Shown piece after piece: positions 1 through 9,499 of a stretch of 64,000 bases of DNA. The notes beneath the pieces were generated by a model. That model did not search any database and was not told where the DNA came from. It worked only from the letters and a program-made list of their open reading frames with translations. Within the stretch, counting starts at the first letter, position 1, and the number at the start of each line of letters is the position of its first letter. Origin of the DNA: Candidatus Omnitrophota bacterium (lineage in GTDB: Bacteria > Omnitrophota > Gorgyraeia > Zapsychrales > Fredricksoniimonadaceae); NCBI GenBank assembly GCA_903860135.1, contig CAIOPG010000006.1, positions 21,117-85,116 of the forward strand, in the 5' to 3' direction. The translations under genes were made by a program, and so were the position numbers.

Positions 1-188
1 AGTCCGGAGAATTGGCCGGATCTCTTAAAGATGTGGCCGACACCTACGAACAGGAAATTTCCGAAACAACCCGCTCGGCAACAACCTTGCTTGAACCTCT
101 GCTTATTCTTGTCGTCGGGCTTGTGGTTGGGTTTATTGTCTTGGCCATGCTGTTGCCGATCTTTAGGATGGAGATGTTCGTTTCCTGA
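1..188 (+). CDS. gspF: Type II secretion/type IV pilus inner-membrane platform protein GspF/PilC, C-terminal fragment (5' truncated by window)
   Basis: Frame 3 read by hand: SGELAGSLKDVADTYEQE...TTLLEPLLILVVGLVVGFIVLAMLLPIF..., the typical GspF/PilC C-terminus; stop TGA 186-188; directly upstream of gspG. Confidence 0.85.
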   Translation, partial: SGELAGSLKDVADTYEQEISETTRSATTLLEPLLILVVGLVVGFIVLAMLLPIFRMEMFVS

Positions 189-284
189 TTTTTTCTTTTT
201 ACACAGCCATATTTTTAAGTTATGGTATTTTATTCCAGATGATCGGTCATAACCGTTCACGGATAACCATTAGGGAGGGTTGAT

Positions 285-710
285 ATGATTGACAGTACAA
301 ATATGTCCCGGCACCGGGGGTTTACACTCATCGAGATCATGCTGGTGGTCATTATTATCGGGGCACTGGCCGCGATGATCGTTCCACGCCTGGCCGGGCG
401 GTCGGAACAGGCTAAAGCTTCGGTTGCCAAGGCGGACCTGATGAATATTTCAACGGCCCTTAAGCTGTATGAATTGGATAACGGTTCTTTCCCGTCGACA
501 TCCCAAGGGCTGTCTGCCTTGCGCGAGAAATCTTCTGCCGCGCCGGCGCCAAGGAACTGGAATGGTCCTTATCTTGAGAAGGATCCGCTGGATCCGTGGG
601 GCAATGCTTATGTTTATGCTTCGCCGGGAACGCATCGTCCGGACTATGACCTTTCCTCCAAGGGCAAGGATGCCGCCGCTGCAGACGATGATATTGTTAA
701 CTGGCAGTAG
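285..710 (+). CDS. gspG: Type II secretion major pseudopilin GspG
   Basis: Prepilin site G|FTLIEIMLVV; GspG motifs ALKLYELDNGSFP, NWNGPYL, DPWGNAYVY; SD GGGAGG. Confidence 0.93.
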   Translation: MIDSTNMSRHRGFTLIEIMLVVIIIGALAAMIVPRLAGRSEQAKASVAKADLMNISTALKLYELDNGSFPSTSQGLSALREKSSAAPAPRNWNGPYLEKDPLDPWGNAYVYASPGTHRPDYDLSSKGKDAAAADDDIVNWQ

Positions 711-1131
711 CTTCTTTCGCCGTCGGTGTGGCATCACCTTCATCGAGGTGATGTTGACCGTTGTGATCCTTTCCGGCGGCTTGGTCGCGCTTTACCGTTC
801 CTTTTTTTCCGCCGTGGATTATCTTGATCGTTTGTCCCTACGGCTTACCGCGATCAACTTGCTAGCAGACCGTGTGGCCATTGTCGAGAAGGACTTTCGT
901 TCTGCCAAAGATTTCGACATAGGTGTGCTCGATGAGGACGTGGTGATCAACAATCATCCGGTCAAGTTTCATTACACCGTTGGCCTCAAGCCTGTGGGGA
1001 CGCTGCTATCGGTCTTTGAACTCGAGATGGGGCTCGGGTGGCAGGATCATGGGCGTAGCACGACGCTTTCCCGCACTGTTTATGTTTCGGGGGTTACGTC
1101 GCTTGTGCCGGAACCCGGGAAGGGGACTTGA
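688..1131 (+). CDS. Minor pseudopilin (GspI/GspH-like)
   Basis: Prepilin motif G|ITFIEVMLTVVIL; start reassigned to ATG 688 overlapping the gspG end (ORF track gives 469). Confidence 0.75.
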   Translation: MILLTGSSFFRRRCGITFIEVMLTVVILSGGLVALYRSFFSAVDYLDRLSLRLTAINLLADRVAIVEKDFRSAKDFDIGVLDEDVVINNHPVKFHYTVGLKPVGTLLSVFELEMGLGWQDHGRSTTLSRTVYVSGVTSLVPEPGKGT

Positions 1132-1718
1132 TGCGCCGGGGCGGGTTTACGTTCATTGAGGTTATGCTGGTTTCGGCACTGTTCGCGATCCTTTCTGTTT
1201 CGATCTTCAAGTGCCTGCTCGATGGCATCAGACTTTCTGCACGGGCGAAGCAAATGATGTCCGGCGAGGATTCCGTACTTTTGTTCGACCGCCTGTCCTC
1301 TGATCTTCGCAACACATTCTTTTTTTCAAATATAGATTTTTCCGGTGATGAATTAAGCGTGGCATTTCCCTGCGTTATCTGGACACCGGCTGACCGCGTG
1401 AGCCTGCGCGCCGGGGAAGGCGTTGTTGACCAGATTGGCCGGGTTTCTTATGTTTATGATCCTTTCAAGGAAACGCTGGTGCGTCGTCAGGCCAATTATT
1501 CCCAGGCGCTGGCCGGCACCTGGGGACTCGATGAAGTGATGGTCGCCGGCGTTAAATCATTCCGGTTGCGATATTATTTCAAAGCCTCGCCGGAGCCTTC
1601 CACCCATGTCGCGGCGGCAGACGGTATCCCGTCAGGTGTTGAGCTTGAGTTGTCTGTGGTGGCCACGGACGGGACAAAGGTATTCAAACGTTATGTGGCT
1701 GTTCCGGCGGGGGTATAG
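1128..1718 (+). CDS. gspJ: Minor pseudopilin GspJ-like
   Basis: G|FTFIEVMLVS N-terminus, LSSDLRN motif, position between the I-like gene and gspK. Confidence 0.75.
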   Translation: MMRRGGFTFIEVMLVSALFAILSVSIFKCLLDGIRLSARAKQMMSGEDSVLLFDRLSSDLRNTFFFSNIDFSGDELSVAFPCVIWTPADRVSLRAGEGVVDQIGRVSYVYDPFKETLVRRQANYSQALAGTWGLDEVMVAGVKSFRLRYYFKASPEPSTHVAAADGIPSGVELELSVVATDGTKVFKRYVAVPAGV

Positions 1719-2741
1719 ATGACGGCGATGCGGCGGCAAGGGTTTATCCTGATAACAGCACTATGGACACTGGCATTTTTGGCTGTGCTTGCTGTTACAC
1801 TTTTGGCCGGTGTGCGCCAGCGGATATTCCTTTTTCAGAGGATCGAGGATCGGCTGCGTGTCCAGTCTGCCGCCGAGGCCGGAGCCAAGAAAGCGCAGGC
1901 GGTTATCCTTGATGCCATGGAAGATGCCGCGGGAACATTCTCGGCGCAAGTAAAACAGCGTCTGGGCAATAATCCGGCGGAATTTTCCGCCATCGTTGTC
2001 GACGGTGTTTCTGTCGAGGTGGTGCATGAAACACCTGATGCGTTGACGGCGAGCCTTGTGGCGGTGTGGGGAGTGGCGGACGAGCAGTCCAGGTTCAACA
2101 TCAACACCGTTGCGCGCGATGTGCTGGCACGCCTGGCCGCAGAGGTCCTTGCCTGCAACGAGGCTGAAGCCCGCGCGGTTGCTGACGCGGTTGTGGACTG
2201 GCGTGATTACGGACGACATGAAACCGAAGGTTTTTTTAGCGGTGATTATTACAAGAGCCTTGAGTTTCCCTATCCGGTAAAAGAAAAACCGTTTGAGCGT
2301 GTCGATGAGCTTCTCCTTGTGAAAGGGTTTGACCGTAAGATATTTGACCGCCTAGCGCCTTTTGTGACTGTCTATGGTGACGGTCGCGTCAACATCAATA
2401 CCGCGTCGCGACCAGTGCTTATCGCGCTCGGCTTCGATGCCATGCTGGTTGACAAAATCCTCCGTGTCCGTCGAGGCGTAGACAATGTCGAGGCTACGGC
2501 GGACGATCATGTTTTTACCTTCGCCTTTGATATCGCGGCTGAAACGGCCAAGGCCGTGGCGCTGGAGCCGCGCGAGGTCAACCAGATCAATGAGCTGAAT
2601 GCCCGGAATCTGCTGGCCACCGAGTCCGGTATTTATTCTTTTTTAAGCCGGGTGCCTGCGCCTGACGGCGGATACAAGAGGTCTATCAGCTGTGTTTTTA
2701 GTGTATTTGAAAGCAAGGTATTGTACTGGTATGAAAAATAA
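1719..2741 (+). CDS. gspK: Minor pseudopilin GspK
   Basis: G|FILITALW without E5; DEQSRFNIN, AVVDWRD, ELLLVKG and VNINTA motifs typical of GspK. Confidence 0.9.
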   Translation: MTAMRRQGFILITALWTLAFLAVLAVTLLAGVRQRIFLFQRIEDRLRVQSAAEAGAKKAQAVILDAMEDAAGTFSAQVKQRLGNNPAEFSAIVVDGVSVEVVHETPDALTASLVAVWGVADEQSRFNINTVARDVLARLAAEVLACNEAEARAVADAVVDWRDYGRHETEGFFSGDYYKSLEFPYPVKEKPFERVDELLLVKGFDRKIFDRLAPFVTVYGDGRVNINTASRPVLIALGFDAMLVDKILRVRRGVDNVEATADDHVFTFAFDIAAETAKAVALEPREVNQINELNARNLLATESGIYSFLSRVPAPDGGYKRSISCVFSVFESKVLYWYEK

Positions 2742-2752
2742 TCAATTTTATG

Positions 2753-2782
2753 TTGATGCCCTTTAAAGACATAGTCTATAAT
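2753..2782 (+). promoter_or_regulatory. Putative internal sigma70 promoter upstream of the GspL/PilM-like gene
   Basis: TTGATG-18 nt-TATAAT in the gspK-gspL gap. Confidence 0.45.
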
Positions 2783-2796
2783 GTTCGCAACAAAGA

Positions 2797-4293
2797 TTGG
2801 ATACTATGACGCATAAATATAAAAAGTACATTACGATCTCGATCAACCCGGCCAGTGTCAAAGTGGCGCAGATCACATCCGGCGGTTTTGTGGAGAAGCT
2901 CTCCCGGCGCAGCATTTCAGGCGGGGCGGTGGATGCCGTATTACGCGATGCGTTGACAGGGTTTCAGACACGGCAGGCTGGGATCGTATGTGTGATCCCC
3001 GGTGATGTGGCCACTACAAAATTCCTGGATGTTCCTGCCGTTGACAATGACGAGATAGATGCCATCCTTGCTTTGCAGGCGTCGCGCCATACGCCATTTA
3101 GTAAGGACGAGATTTTGACCGGTTACGTCAAGATCCGTTCCCCGCGTGCGAATTTTACCAGCGTTCTTCTGGTGGTGGTTAAACGTCAGATCGTCAAGGA
3201 AAAGATCGCTGTTATGCGTATGGCGGGGCTGGAAGTTGCCGCTGTCACATTTGTGCCCGAAGGGGTAGCCCGTCTTTACGCGCAAGCACTTAATTTTCGC
3301 AAAAATGGTTCTGCTTTTATTGTTGATGTGGATGTGCAGAACACGCATTTTGTTATTTTGGCCGAAGGGACGGCTGTTATGGCGCGCAGTATCCCTGTCG
3401 GGATCGAACAGCTCAAGGCTGATCCGGCCACTGTCGCGAGGATCGCGGCCGAGGCAAAGGCATCAGTTGATGCCTTTGTCCAGGAGGGTGGGGTTCGTCC
3501 GGCCAGGCTTATCCTGACATCCGATCATCCTGCCTTGACAGCCCTGAGCGATCCACTGGCAGAAGCCCTTTTGCTGAAAGCAGAATATTTGCCTTATCAG
3601 AATTTAGCCAAGGGCTTCCCTGGCATGAAACAGCAGATCAACAGGGATTATATTGATGATACCGCCCTTGACGTTCTTGCGGCGGGGGTAACAATACAAA
3701 AGTGCGCAGCTGAACTTTTGCCGCAGGATCTGAAGGATCAGCGGATGGTCGCTGAAAAAGGCGGCGAAACCATGAAAGCAGGTATTCTTGTCCTGATGGC
3801 GTTCCTTTTCATCGGCGCGGGGCTTTTGAGCCGTGTTTATTTCAAGGATCTTTTCTTCAGGCAGAATCTTGTTGAGAAATATGCAGGCCAGAAAAAAGAG
3901 GTTGATCTCCTGGAAAAGATGATCGTCAAGACGGATATTTTACATACGTATATTCAGGATCGTCAAATCCCGCTCGAGGCGATCACCGAGCTTTACAGGA
4001 TCATCCCTGAGGAAATTTATCTTTCGGGTGTCAGCATTGATGAAAAAGGTGAGGTTGCTATCCAGGGCATTTCTGAATCGATGTCACGCGTTTTCTCTCT
4101 GGTTACGGCACTTGAAGAATCGCCACTTTTTGAAAATGTCAAGACCCGGTCGACCACGGCCAGGAAAGATCGCGGTAAGGATGTCGCGGTATTTGAAATT
4201 GCGTTCAAGCTTTCGACAGCCACAAAGGATGCAGGAGTAAAAGACGATACAATCACACGGCAGGGAAACCAAGGAGCGGGCCTTGATAAGTAA
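2797..4293 (+). CDS. GspL-like / PilM-PilN fusion (actin-like cytoplasmic domain, TM helix, PilN-like periplasmic domain)
   Basis: PilM-like N-part (VDVDVQNTHFVI, ARSIPVG), one TM helix, PilN-like C-part (IPEEIYLSGVSI, LEESPLFENV); alternative start ATG 2806. Confidence 0.75.
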   Translation: MDTMTHKYKKYITISINPASVKVAQITSGGFVEKLSRRSISGGAVDAVLRDALTGFQTRQAGIVCVIPGDVATTKFLDVPAVDNDEIDAILALQASRHTPFSKDEILTGYVKIRSPRANFTSVLLVVVKRQIVKEKIAVMRMAGLEVAAVTFVPEGVARLYAQALNFRKNGSAFIVDVDVQNTHFVILAEGTAVMARSIPVGIEQLKADPATVARIAAEAKASVDAFVQEGGVRPARLILTSDHPALTALSDPLAEALLLKAEYLPYQNLAKGFPGMKQQINRDYIDDTALDVLAAGVTIQKCAAELLPQDLKDQRMVAEKGGETMKAGILVLMAFLFIGAGLLSRVYFKDLFFRQNLVEKYAGQKKEVDLLEKMIVKTDILHTYIQDRQIPLEAITELYRIIPEEIYLSGVSIDEKGEVAIQGISESMSRVFSLVTALEESPLFENVKTRSTTARKDRGKDVAVFEIAFKLSTATKDAGVKDDTITRQGNQGAGLDK

Positions 4294-4909
4294 ATTTATT
4301 TCCGGGCTTTCTTCAAATGAACGCAAGATACTTACGGTCGCGTCCTTGTTTGTTCTTTTTGCTCTTTTCGACAGGCTTCTGGTGGGGCCTTCGTTGGGCC
4401 GGATGAAAGAACTCGACGAAAGCATCGCCAAAGAAGAAGATACTGTCCGCAGGAATCTTCGTTTTCTGGGTTACAAGGAGCGCATTGTCGGGCAAGCGGC
4501 CGCTTTCCGTGATTTCTATACGCAAGAGGTGCGCAGTGAAGATGAGGTTATTGCGGATTTCCTGAAAAAGATGGAAGGCATGGGATCGCAGGCGCAGGTT
4601 ACCTTGTCGAAGATATCGCCTGCCGGTCAGGAAGCGCAGAAGGATTATATCAAATATTTTGTGACCATGGATTGTACGGGCAAGCTTGAGAATCTCATGA
4701 CTCTTGTCTATACGATCAACAATGCGCAGGAATTGATCAAAGTTGAGAAAGTCAGTTTTTCCGGCAATTCGCGCGGAGCTGATACCGTCCAGGCTAACCT
4801 GACGGTTTCCAAAATGATCATCGGCGTAGATCCTTCCGTCGAAGCCAAAGCCCTTGTGCATGAAAAAGAGGTTGTCAAGGCCGAGGTCAACGCGGACATG
4901 GCAAAATGA
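4283..4909 (+). CDS. GspM/PilO-like protein
   Basis: LSSNERKIL N-terminus, single TM helix, coiled coil and ferredoxin-like C-terminus; follows the PilMN-like gene. Confidence 0.7.
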   Translation: MISKFISGLSSNERKILTVASLFVLFALFDRLLVGPSLGRMKELDESIAKEEDTVRRNLRFLGYKERIVGQAAAFRDFYTQEVRSEDEVIADFLKKMEGMGSQAQVTLSKISPAGQEAQKDYIKYFVTMDCTGKLENLMTLVYTINNAQELIKVEKVSFSGNSRGADTVQANLTVSKMIIGVDPSVEAKALVHEKEVVKAEVNADMAK

Positions 4910-5700
4910 TCCCCTTCTGGCACCGGGCTTTTGCCTTGTGCGTCCTTTTTTTATGGGTATCCTCTGTTTGTGTTTCTGCCCTTCCATTAAGCCGGGAACA
5001 GTTATTTCAGCTGGCCACCATCGCGGCGGGAGAACATCAATTCGAACGTGCCATTGAACTTTTTCAGAAGGTCATTGAGAAAGAGCCTGCGTTCGCGCCA
5101 GCTTATAACGGGATCGGGCTTGTTCATCAATCAGACGAGAATGGTTCGATGGCTGAAGCGCTCCGCTATTTCAGGCTCGCTGTTGACATAGATCCGCAAT
5201 ACATTGAAGGTTGGAATAATCTGGGGCGTACATATTATACCCAAGGGAGTTTTGTAGAAGCGGAGCAGGCTTTTTTGTCCTCACTGCGCCTGAAACCCGG
5301 GCAAACAGATATTGAATTTTCCCTGGGCTGGGATTATCTTCTGGGGCAGTCCCGTCCAGATGAGGCCATTGATTATTTTGATAAAGTGATCGCGCATCAG
5401 GATAATCCCATGATCTATTACGGGATGGGGCTGGCGAATCTCCTTAAAGGCGATCGGTTAAAAGTGATCGAGGCTGTGACGCAATTACGCCGCCACCAGC
5501 GGGAAGAACAGGCTGTCCGCCTTGAAACCATGCTCAGGGAAAATGTCCTGATCAATTCCAAACCGGGGTTGCCATTGGTGACGGGTACGAAAGAGGATGA
5601 GTCATTGTTTGATCGTCAGCTTAAAGAGCTTGAGGCTAAAGGGTATAATGGCCAGGGTAAGGAAGGTATCAAGGTTCGTCTGAAAGGACCTTTATTGTGA
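4906..5700 (+). CDS. Exported tetratricopeptide repeat protein
   Basis: Signal peptide; TPR motifs (AYNGIG, GWNNLGRTY, FSLGW). Confidence 0.8.
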   Translation: MIPFWHRAFALCVLFLWVSSVCVSALPLSREQLFQLATIAAGEHQFERAIELFQKVIEKEPAFAPAYNGIGLVHQSDENGSMAEALRYFRLAVDIDPQYIEGWNNLGRTYYTQGSFVEAEQAFLSSLRLKPGQTDIEFSLGWDYLLGQSRPDEAIDYFDKVIAHQDNPMIYYGMGLANLLKGDRLKVIEAVTQLRRHQREEQAVRLETMLRENVLINSKPGLPLVTGTKEDESLFDRQLKELEAKGYNGQGKEGIKVRLKGPLL

Positions 5701-6836
5701 AGAAGAACTTTATCGTCTGTGTTGCGCTGGGGACGCGTCCTGAGGCTATCAAGCTTGCGCCTGTGATCATGGCCTTGCGTGCCACCTCGGGGGTCACGGT
5801 GCGCGTGCTTGTCACGGGACAGCACCGTGTCATGATGGACGAGGCGCTGGCGGTGTTTGGCATCACCCCTGATCATGATCTGAATATTATGCGTAAAGGC
5901 CAGGCCCTGTTTGATGTCACCGCACGTATCCTTCAGGGGGTGCCGCGCGTCCTGGCGCAGGAACCGGTTGACCTGATGGTCGTTCAGGGGGACACGGCGA
6001 CCACCTTTGCCTGTGCCCTGGCGGCGTATTATCACCGTATCCCGGTGGCGCATGTTGAGGCGGGGTTACGGACGGGAGATAAATACAGGCCTTTTCCTGA
6101 AGAAGTAAATCGGCGTTTGACCGGTGTCCTAGCAGACCTTCATTTTCCGCCAACGCCGCAAGCAGAGCAGGCACTCTTGCGCGAAGGGGTTGCCCGTCAG
6201 CGGGTGATCATGACCGGCAATACGGTGGTCGATGCGCTTCGCCAGGCGGCCGTGGCCAAACAAGGTTTTACGCATCCGCTATTGAAGACACTCGATGCGT
6301 CTGGCCGCAAGCTGGTGCTGGTGACCTTGCATCGGCGGGAGAGTTTCGGTGATGGGTTGCGCCAGGTCCTGCTGGCCTTGCGGGATATCAGCGTACTGCC
6401 CGGCGTGGATGTGGTGTATCCGGTGCATTTGAATCCGCAGGTGCGCGCGCAGGTCAAGGAAACGCTGGCCGGCGGGAAGGTGCATCTCCTGGAACCTTTG
6501 ACGTATGATCAATTTATTCTTTTGATGAAGAAAGCGCGCGTGATCGTGACGGATTCAGGCGGTATTCAGGAAGAGGCTTGCGCGTTAAGAAAGCCGGTGC
6601 TTATCACCCGTGAGACAACGGAACGCCCGGAGGCTGTCGCGTCGGGGTTTGCGGAACTGCTTGGGTTTGACCGCCCCCGCATTACGGCTGCCGCTGAGCG
6701 ACTCCTGACAGATGAAAAATATTACCGTGAACGCACGCGCCATGTGAATCCTTTCGGTGACGGAAAAGCGTCTGTACGTATCGCCAAGGCGTGTTTGAGT
6801 TACCTTAAAGAAAATCAATCCCGAGGTAAAATATGA
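5697..6836 (+). CDS. wecB: UDP-N-acetylglucosamine 2-epimerase (non-hydrolysing)
   Basis: GTRPEAIK, TGQH, QGDT, HVEAGLRT, PFPEE, DSGGIQEE, NPFGDG. Confidence 0.95.
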   Translation: MKKNFIVCVALGTRPEAIKLAPVIMALRATSGVTVRVLVTGQHRVMMDEALAVFGITPDHDLNIMRKGQALFDVTARILQGVPRVLAQEPVDLMVVQGDTATTFACALAAYYHRIPVAHVEAGLRTGDKYRPFPEEVNRRLTGVLADLHFPPTPQAEQALLREGVARQRVIMTGNTVVDALRQAAVAKQGFTHPLLKTLDASGRKLVLVTLHRRESFGDGLRQVLLALRDISVLPGVDVVYPVHLNPQVRAQVKETLAGGKVHLLEPLTYDQFILLMKKARVIVTDSGGIQEEACALRKPVLITRETTERPEAVASGFAELLGFDRPRITAAAERLLTDEKYYRERTRHVNPFGDGKASVRIAKACLSYLKENQSRGKI

Positions 6837-7528
6837 TATCCATTGTCGTTCCTGCGTATAACGAAGAAGAGGTTATTGTGCGTTTCCTGGAAGCATGTGT
6901 CCGGGACATCCGGCGCGACCTGCCTTTTGAGATCGTGGTCGTCAATGACGGCAGCCGTGATAATACGCGTGAACTGGTGCGCGGGTTTACGGCCAAGTAC
7001 GCGTTCATCCGTCTCGTGGACCACGAGGTCAACCGTGGCCTGGGGAAGGCACTGGAAACCGGCATCGCGGCGGCGCGCGGGGATGTTATTGTCACCATGG
7101 ATTCAGACCTGACCCATCCGCCGGCCATGATCCGTGAATTGGCAGCCGGCCTCAAGGATGCGGATATCTGCATCGCATCACGTTATGTGAAAGGCGGCGG
7201 CATGAAGGATGTCCCTGCCTGGCGCGTGTGGGTCAGCCGTTTGGCGAACTATCTGTTCGATCTGATCTTCTGGACGAACATCAAGGATCTTTCTTCCGGT
7301 TTCAAGGCATACCGCGCCCAACATCTGAAGAAGGCGCCGATCATGTCCAACGGATTCGAGTGCCAGATGGAGATCATGCTTTATTTTATCAAGAACAAAC
7401 TGCGTTCGCGTGAAATCCCGCTCATGCTCAAGAACCGTGAATTTGGCACGTCCAAGTTCCAGTTTGTCAAGATGGGGATGAAGTATGTGCGCAGCCTCAA
7501 GCGTTTCCTCGTCTACCGCTGGTCATGA
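6833..7528 (+). CDS. GT2 glycosyltransferase, polyprenol-phosphate sugar synthase (DPM1/Ppm1-like)
   Basis: VVPAYNE, NDGSRD, NRGLG, MDSDLTH, SRYVKGG, SGFKAY, R..GTSK. Confidence 0.88.
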   Translation: MISIVVPAYNEEEVIVRFLEACVRDIRRDLPFEIVVVNDGSRDNTRELVRGFTAKYAFIRLVDHEVNRGLGKALETGIAAARGDVIVTMDSDLTHPPAMIRELAAGLKDADICIASRYVKGGGMKDVPAWRVWVSRLANYLFDLIFWTNIKDLSSGFKAYRAQHLKKAPIMSNGFECQMEIMLYFIKNKLRSREIPLMLKNREFGTSKFQFVKMGMKYVRSLKRFLVYRWS

Positions 7529-7529
7529 T

Positions 7530-9182
7530 ATGAACCGGCCTGTTTTTTCATGGTTGACGGTGAGATCTTTTCAGATCGGGCTTATTGCCCTCGGGTTGGT
7601 GTTGCGCTGCATTCATTACGTCGAGAACCGCTCGTTCTGGCAGGATGAGCTATGCCTGGCGCTGAGCATTGTCAACCGTTCGTTCACGGAAATATTCCAT
7701 AACACCCTTCTTTTTCCTGATTTTGCCCAAGCACCGCTGTTGTTTCAATTCATGGTAAAGATCTTTGCCGGTGTGTTCGGCAACAATGAAATGGCACTCC
7801 GGTTTTTTCCGTTTGTGACCGGGGTCGCCGCGCTTTTCCTTGCCCGGCGTTTTTTTAATCGCCTGCTGGCACCCATCCCTGCCACCCTGGCGCTAGGCCT
7901 TTTCGCCCTGGCCGAACCGCTTGTTTATTTTTCAGCAGAACTCAAACCGTACGGCGTTGATGTTTTTGCGGCGTTGTTGGTGTATGAAATGTTTTTTGCC
8001 TTGAAGGAACGCTGGACATTGCGGCATTTGGCTGTTTTTATGGCGGGTGGAGCCTTGGTGATCTGGCTGTCGAATGCCATGCTCTTTATTCTTGCCGGAG
8101 CAGGGCTTGTGTTCGGCCTTGATCATCTGAAGCGGCAGGAATGGTCTAAAGTGCGTCAGCTGGCGATGGCTTATGGTCTATGGCTGGTTAGTTTTTTAAT
8201 CTTGTACAAGGTTTCGTTGAGCGGGATGCTCAATCATGACCTGGTGAGGAACTGGCGTCTGGCAGGCGGGTTTTCGCCCGAACCTGCGTTCTCGTTGGGC
8301 TGGCTGGTGTGGATCGCCAAGGCTTTTCTGGATATGTTCCGTTCACCCTTAGGGCTCGGCTGGACGGGGTTGATGGCGGTCTTCTTCTTCTGCGGTTGCT
8401 GGTTTATTTATCGCCGGGACAGGTTGCTTCTGTGGCTATTAATGGCACCGCTCTTGCTGGTGTTGTCGGCTGGTGCTTTCGACAAGTACCCCTTCTTTGA
8501 ACGACTAGTTCTTTTCCTTGTGCCCGCCGTGCTTGTCATCCTAGCTGAGGGTGTCTGTGGCGTTGCTTTTTCCAGGGTCTGGCAGGGGCGGGCCTGGGGG
8601 TCATGGATCGTTATAGCCGCTGTCCTGTGGTATCCTGTGTCGGCGGCGGCCTGGCAGGCGGTGCATCCGCGCGGGCATGAAGATAACCGTGCGGCCATGC
8701 AGTACCTGACAGATCATTACCGCCCAGGTGACATGGTGGCGATAAGCCCTCAAGCCCAGTATCCATTCTGGTATTACAGCCAGCGCATGGGGCTCACCAG
8801 CCGTTTGCCGATGCATCCGGCGGGGGCATCGGGAGAGCGCGTGACACCCGTGATCCAGCTGTTTCCTGATATTGTGCCTGAATCTGGGCAGGAGATGCTC
8901 GCGTTGCGCCAGACCCTCAGTGTGTATGATGCCGCCGGTTATTATCGTTCTTTCCGGCTGGCTGGGCGCTCGAGTGCCCCTTTGTTTGTCCCCGCGGCAT
9001 CGCCCGCGATCCTCAAAGGCATGGGCCGGGTATGGGTCTTCTTGTCGCATCACAATAATGCCCGTTACCCGTTATTTGTGGATCAGGTGTTTTCACGTGC
9101 CGGAGAGCGGCTGGATTACTTCGAACGGCCTGGTGTTTGTGTTGGCCTTTATGACGTTCCTTTGGCCGATAAGAAAAAGTAA
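7530..9182 (+). CDS. Multi-pass GT-C fold glycosyltransferase (PMT/ArnT-like)
   Basis: SFWQDE first-loop motif, ALRFFP, ELKPY, about 10 TM helices plus a periplasmic C-terminal domain; start ATG 7530. Confidence 0.78.
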   Translation: MNRPVFSWLTVRSFQIGLIALGLVLRCIHYVENRSFWQDELCLALSIVNRSFTEIFHNTLLFPDFAQAPLLFQFMVKIFAGVFGNNEMALRFFPFVTGVAALFLARRFFNRLLAPIPATLALGLFALAEPLVYFSAELKPYGVDVFAALLVYEMFFALKERWTLRHLAVFMAGGALVIWLSNAMLFILAGAGLVFGLDHLKRQEWSKVRQLAMAYGLWLVSFLILYKVSLSGMLNHDLVRNWRLAGGFSPEPAFSLGWLVWIAKAFLDMFRSPLGLGWTGLMAVFFFCGCWFIYRRDRLLLWLLMAPLLLVLSAGAFDKYPFFERLVLFLVPAVLVILAEGVCGVAFSRVWQGRAWGSWIVIAAVLWYPVSAAAWQAVHPRGHEDNRAAMQYLTDHYRPGDMVAISPQAQYPFWYYSQRMGLTSRLPMHPAGASGERVTPVIQLFPDIVPESGQEMLALRQTLSVYDAAGYYRSFRLAGRSSAPLFVPAASPAILKGMGRVWVFLSHHNNARYPLFVDQVFSRAGERLDYFERPGVCVGLYDVPLADKKK

Positions 9183-9261
9183 AACGCAACGCCTTTGCCT
9201 TGTTTTTGAGAAAGCACGTTGTGTTTGGTATAGCGAATTAAAAATTGTTCCCCCGTGTGCC

Positions 9262-9290
9262 TTGAAAACCCCATTAGTATATGGTATCTT
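9262..9290 (+). promoter_or_regulatory. Putative sigma70 promoter of the riboswitch-controlled gene
   Basis: TTGAAA-17 nt-TATCTT with extended TG. Confidence 0.55.
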
Positions 9291-9304
9291 TTCCTTTGTG
9301 AAGA

Positions 9305-9395
9305 AAGTCTAAGGGCAAACTACTTGAAAAAGTAGGGCGCAAAGCCGTGAGCCTGAACCCGTCGTGTTGCGGGAAGGTTGTCTGGTTGCCGATGT
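9305..9395 (+). ncRNA. c-di-GMP-I (GEMM-I) riboswitch
   Basis: AAGGGCAAAC-TACTT GAAA AAGTAG-GGCGCAAAGCC...GCCTGAA...GGTTGCCG follows the GEMM-I consensus (GAAA-capped P2, GCAAAGC junction, 3' TTGCCG); the position-20 equivalent is G (9314). Confidence 0.88.
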
Positions 9396-9414
9396 GAGTA
9401 CGTTAACTCACGGC

Positions 9415-9445
9415 AAAACCCTTCGATCTTTTCGAAGGGTTTTTT
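9415..9445 (+). terminator. Intrinsic terminator, riboswitch expression platform
   Basis: AAAACCCTTCGA-TCTTT-TCGAAGGGTTTTTT; CTCACGGC (9407-9414) can pair with aptamer GCCGTGAG (9344-9351). Confidence 0.8.
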
Positions 9446-9499
9446 CATTTCAGGGGGTTTCCCTGAGGTGGCGCCCTGCATGCATAGGAGGTCTGGCAT

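Noticed and set aside
31-252. 73 aa ORF in the ORF track
   Set aside because: Out-of-frame overlap of the real gspF C-terminus in frame 3.
469-687. Long N-terminal extension of the 220 aa pseudopilin ORF
   Set aside because: Overlaps gspG; the prepilin motif implies a start near 688.
9305-9395. cGAMP-sensing GEMM-Ib variant
   Set aside because: Both aptamers have G, not A, at the position-20 equivalent.
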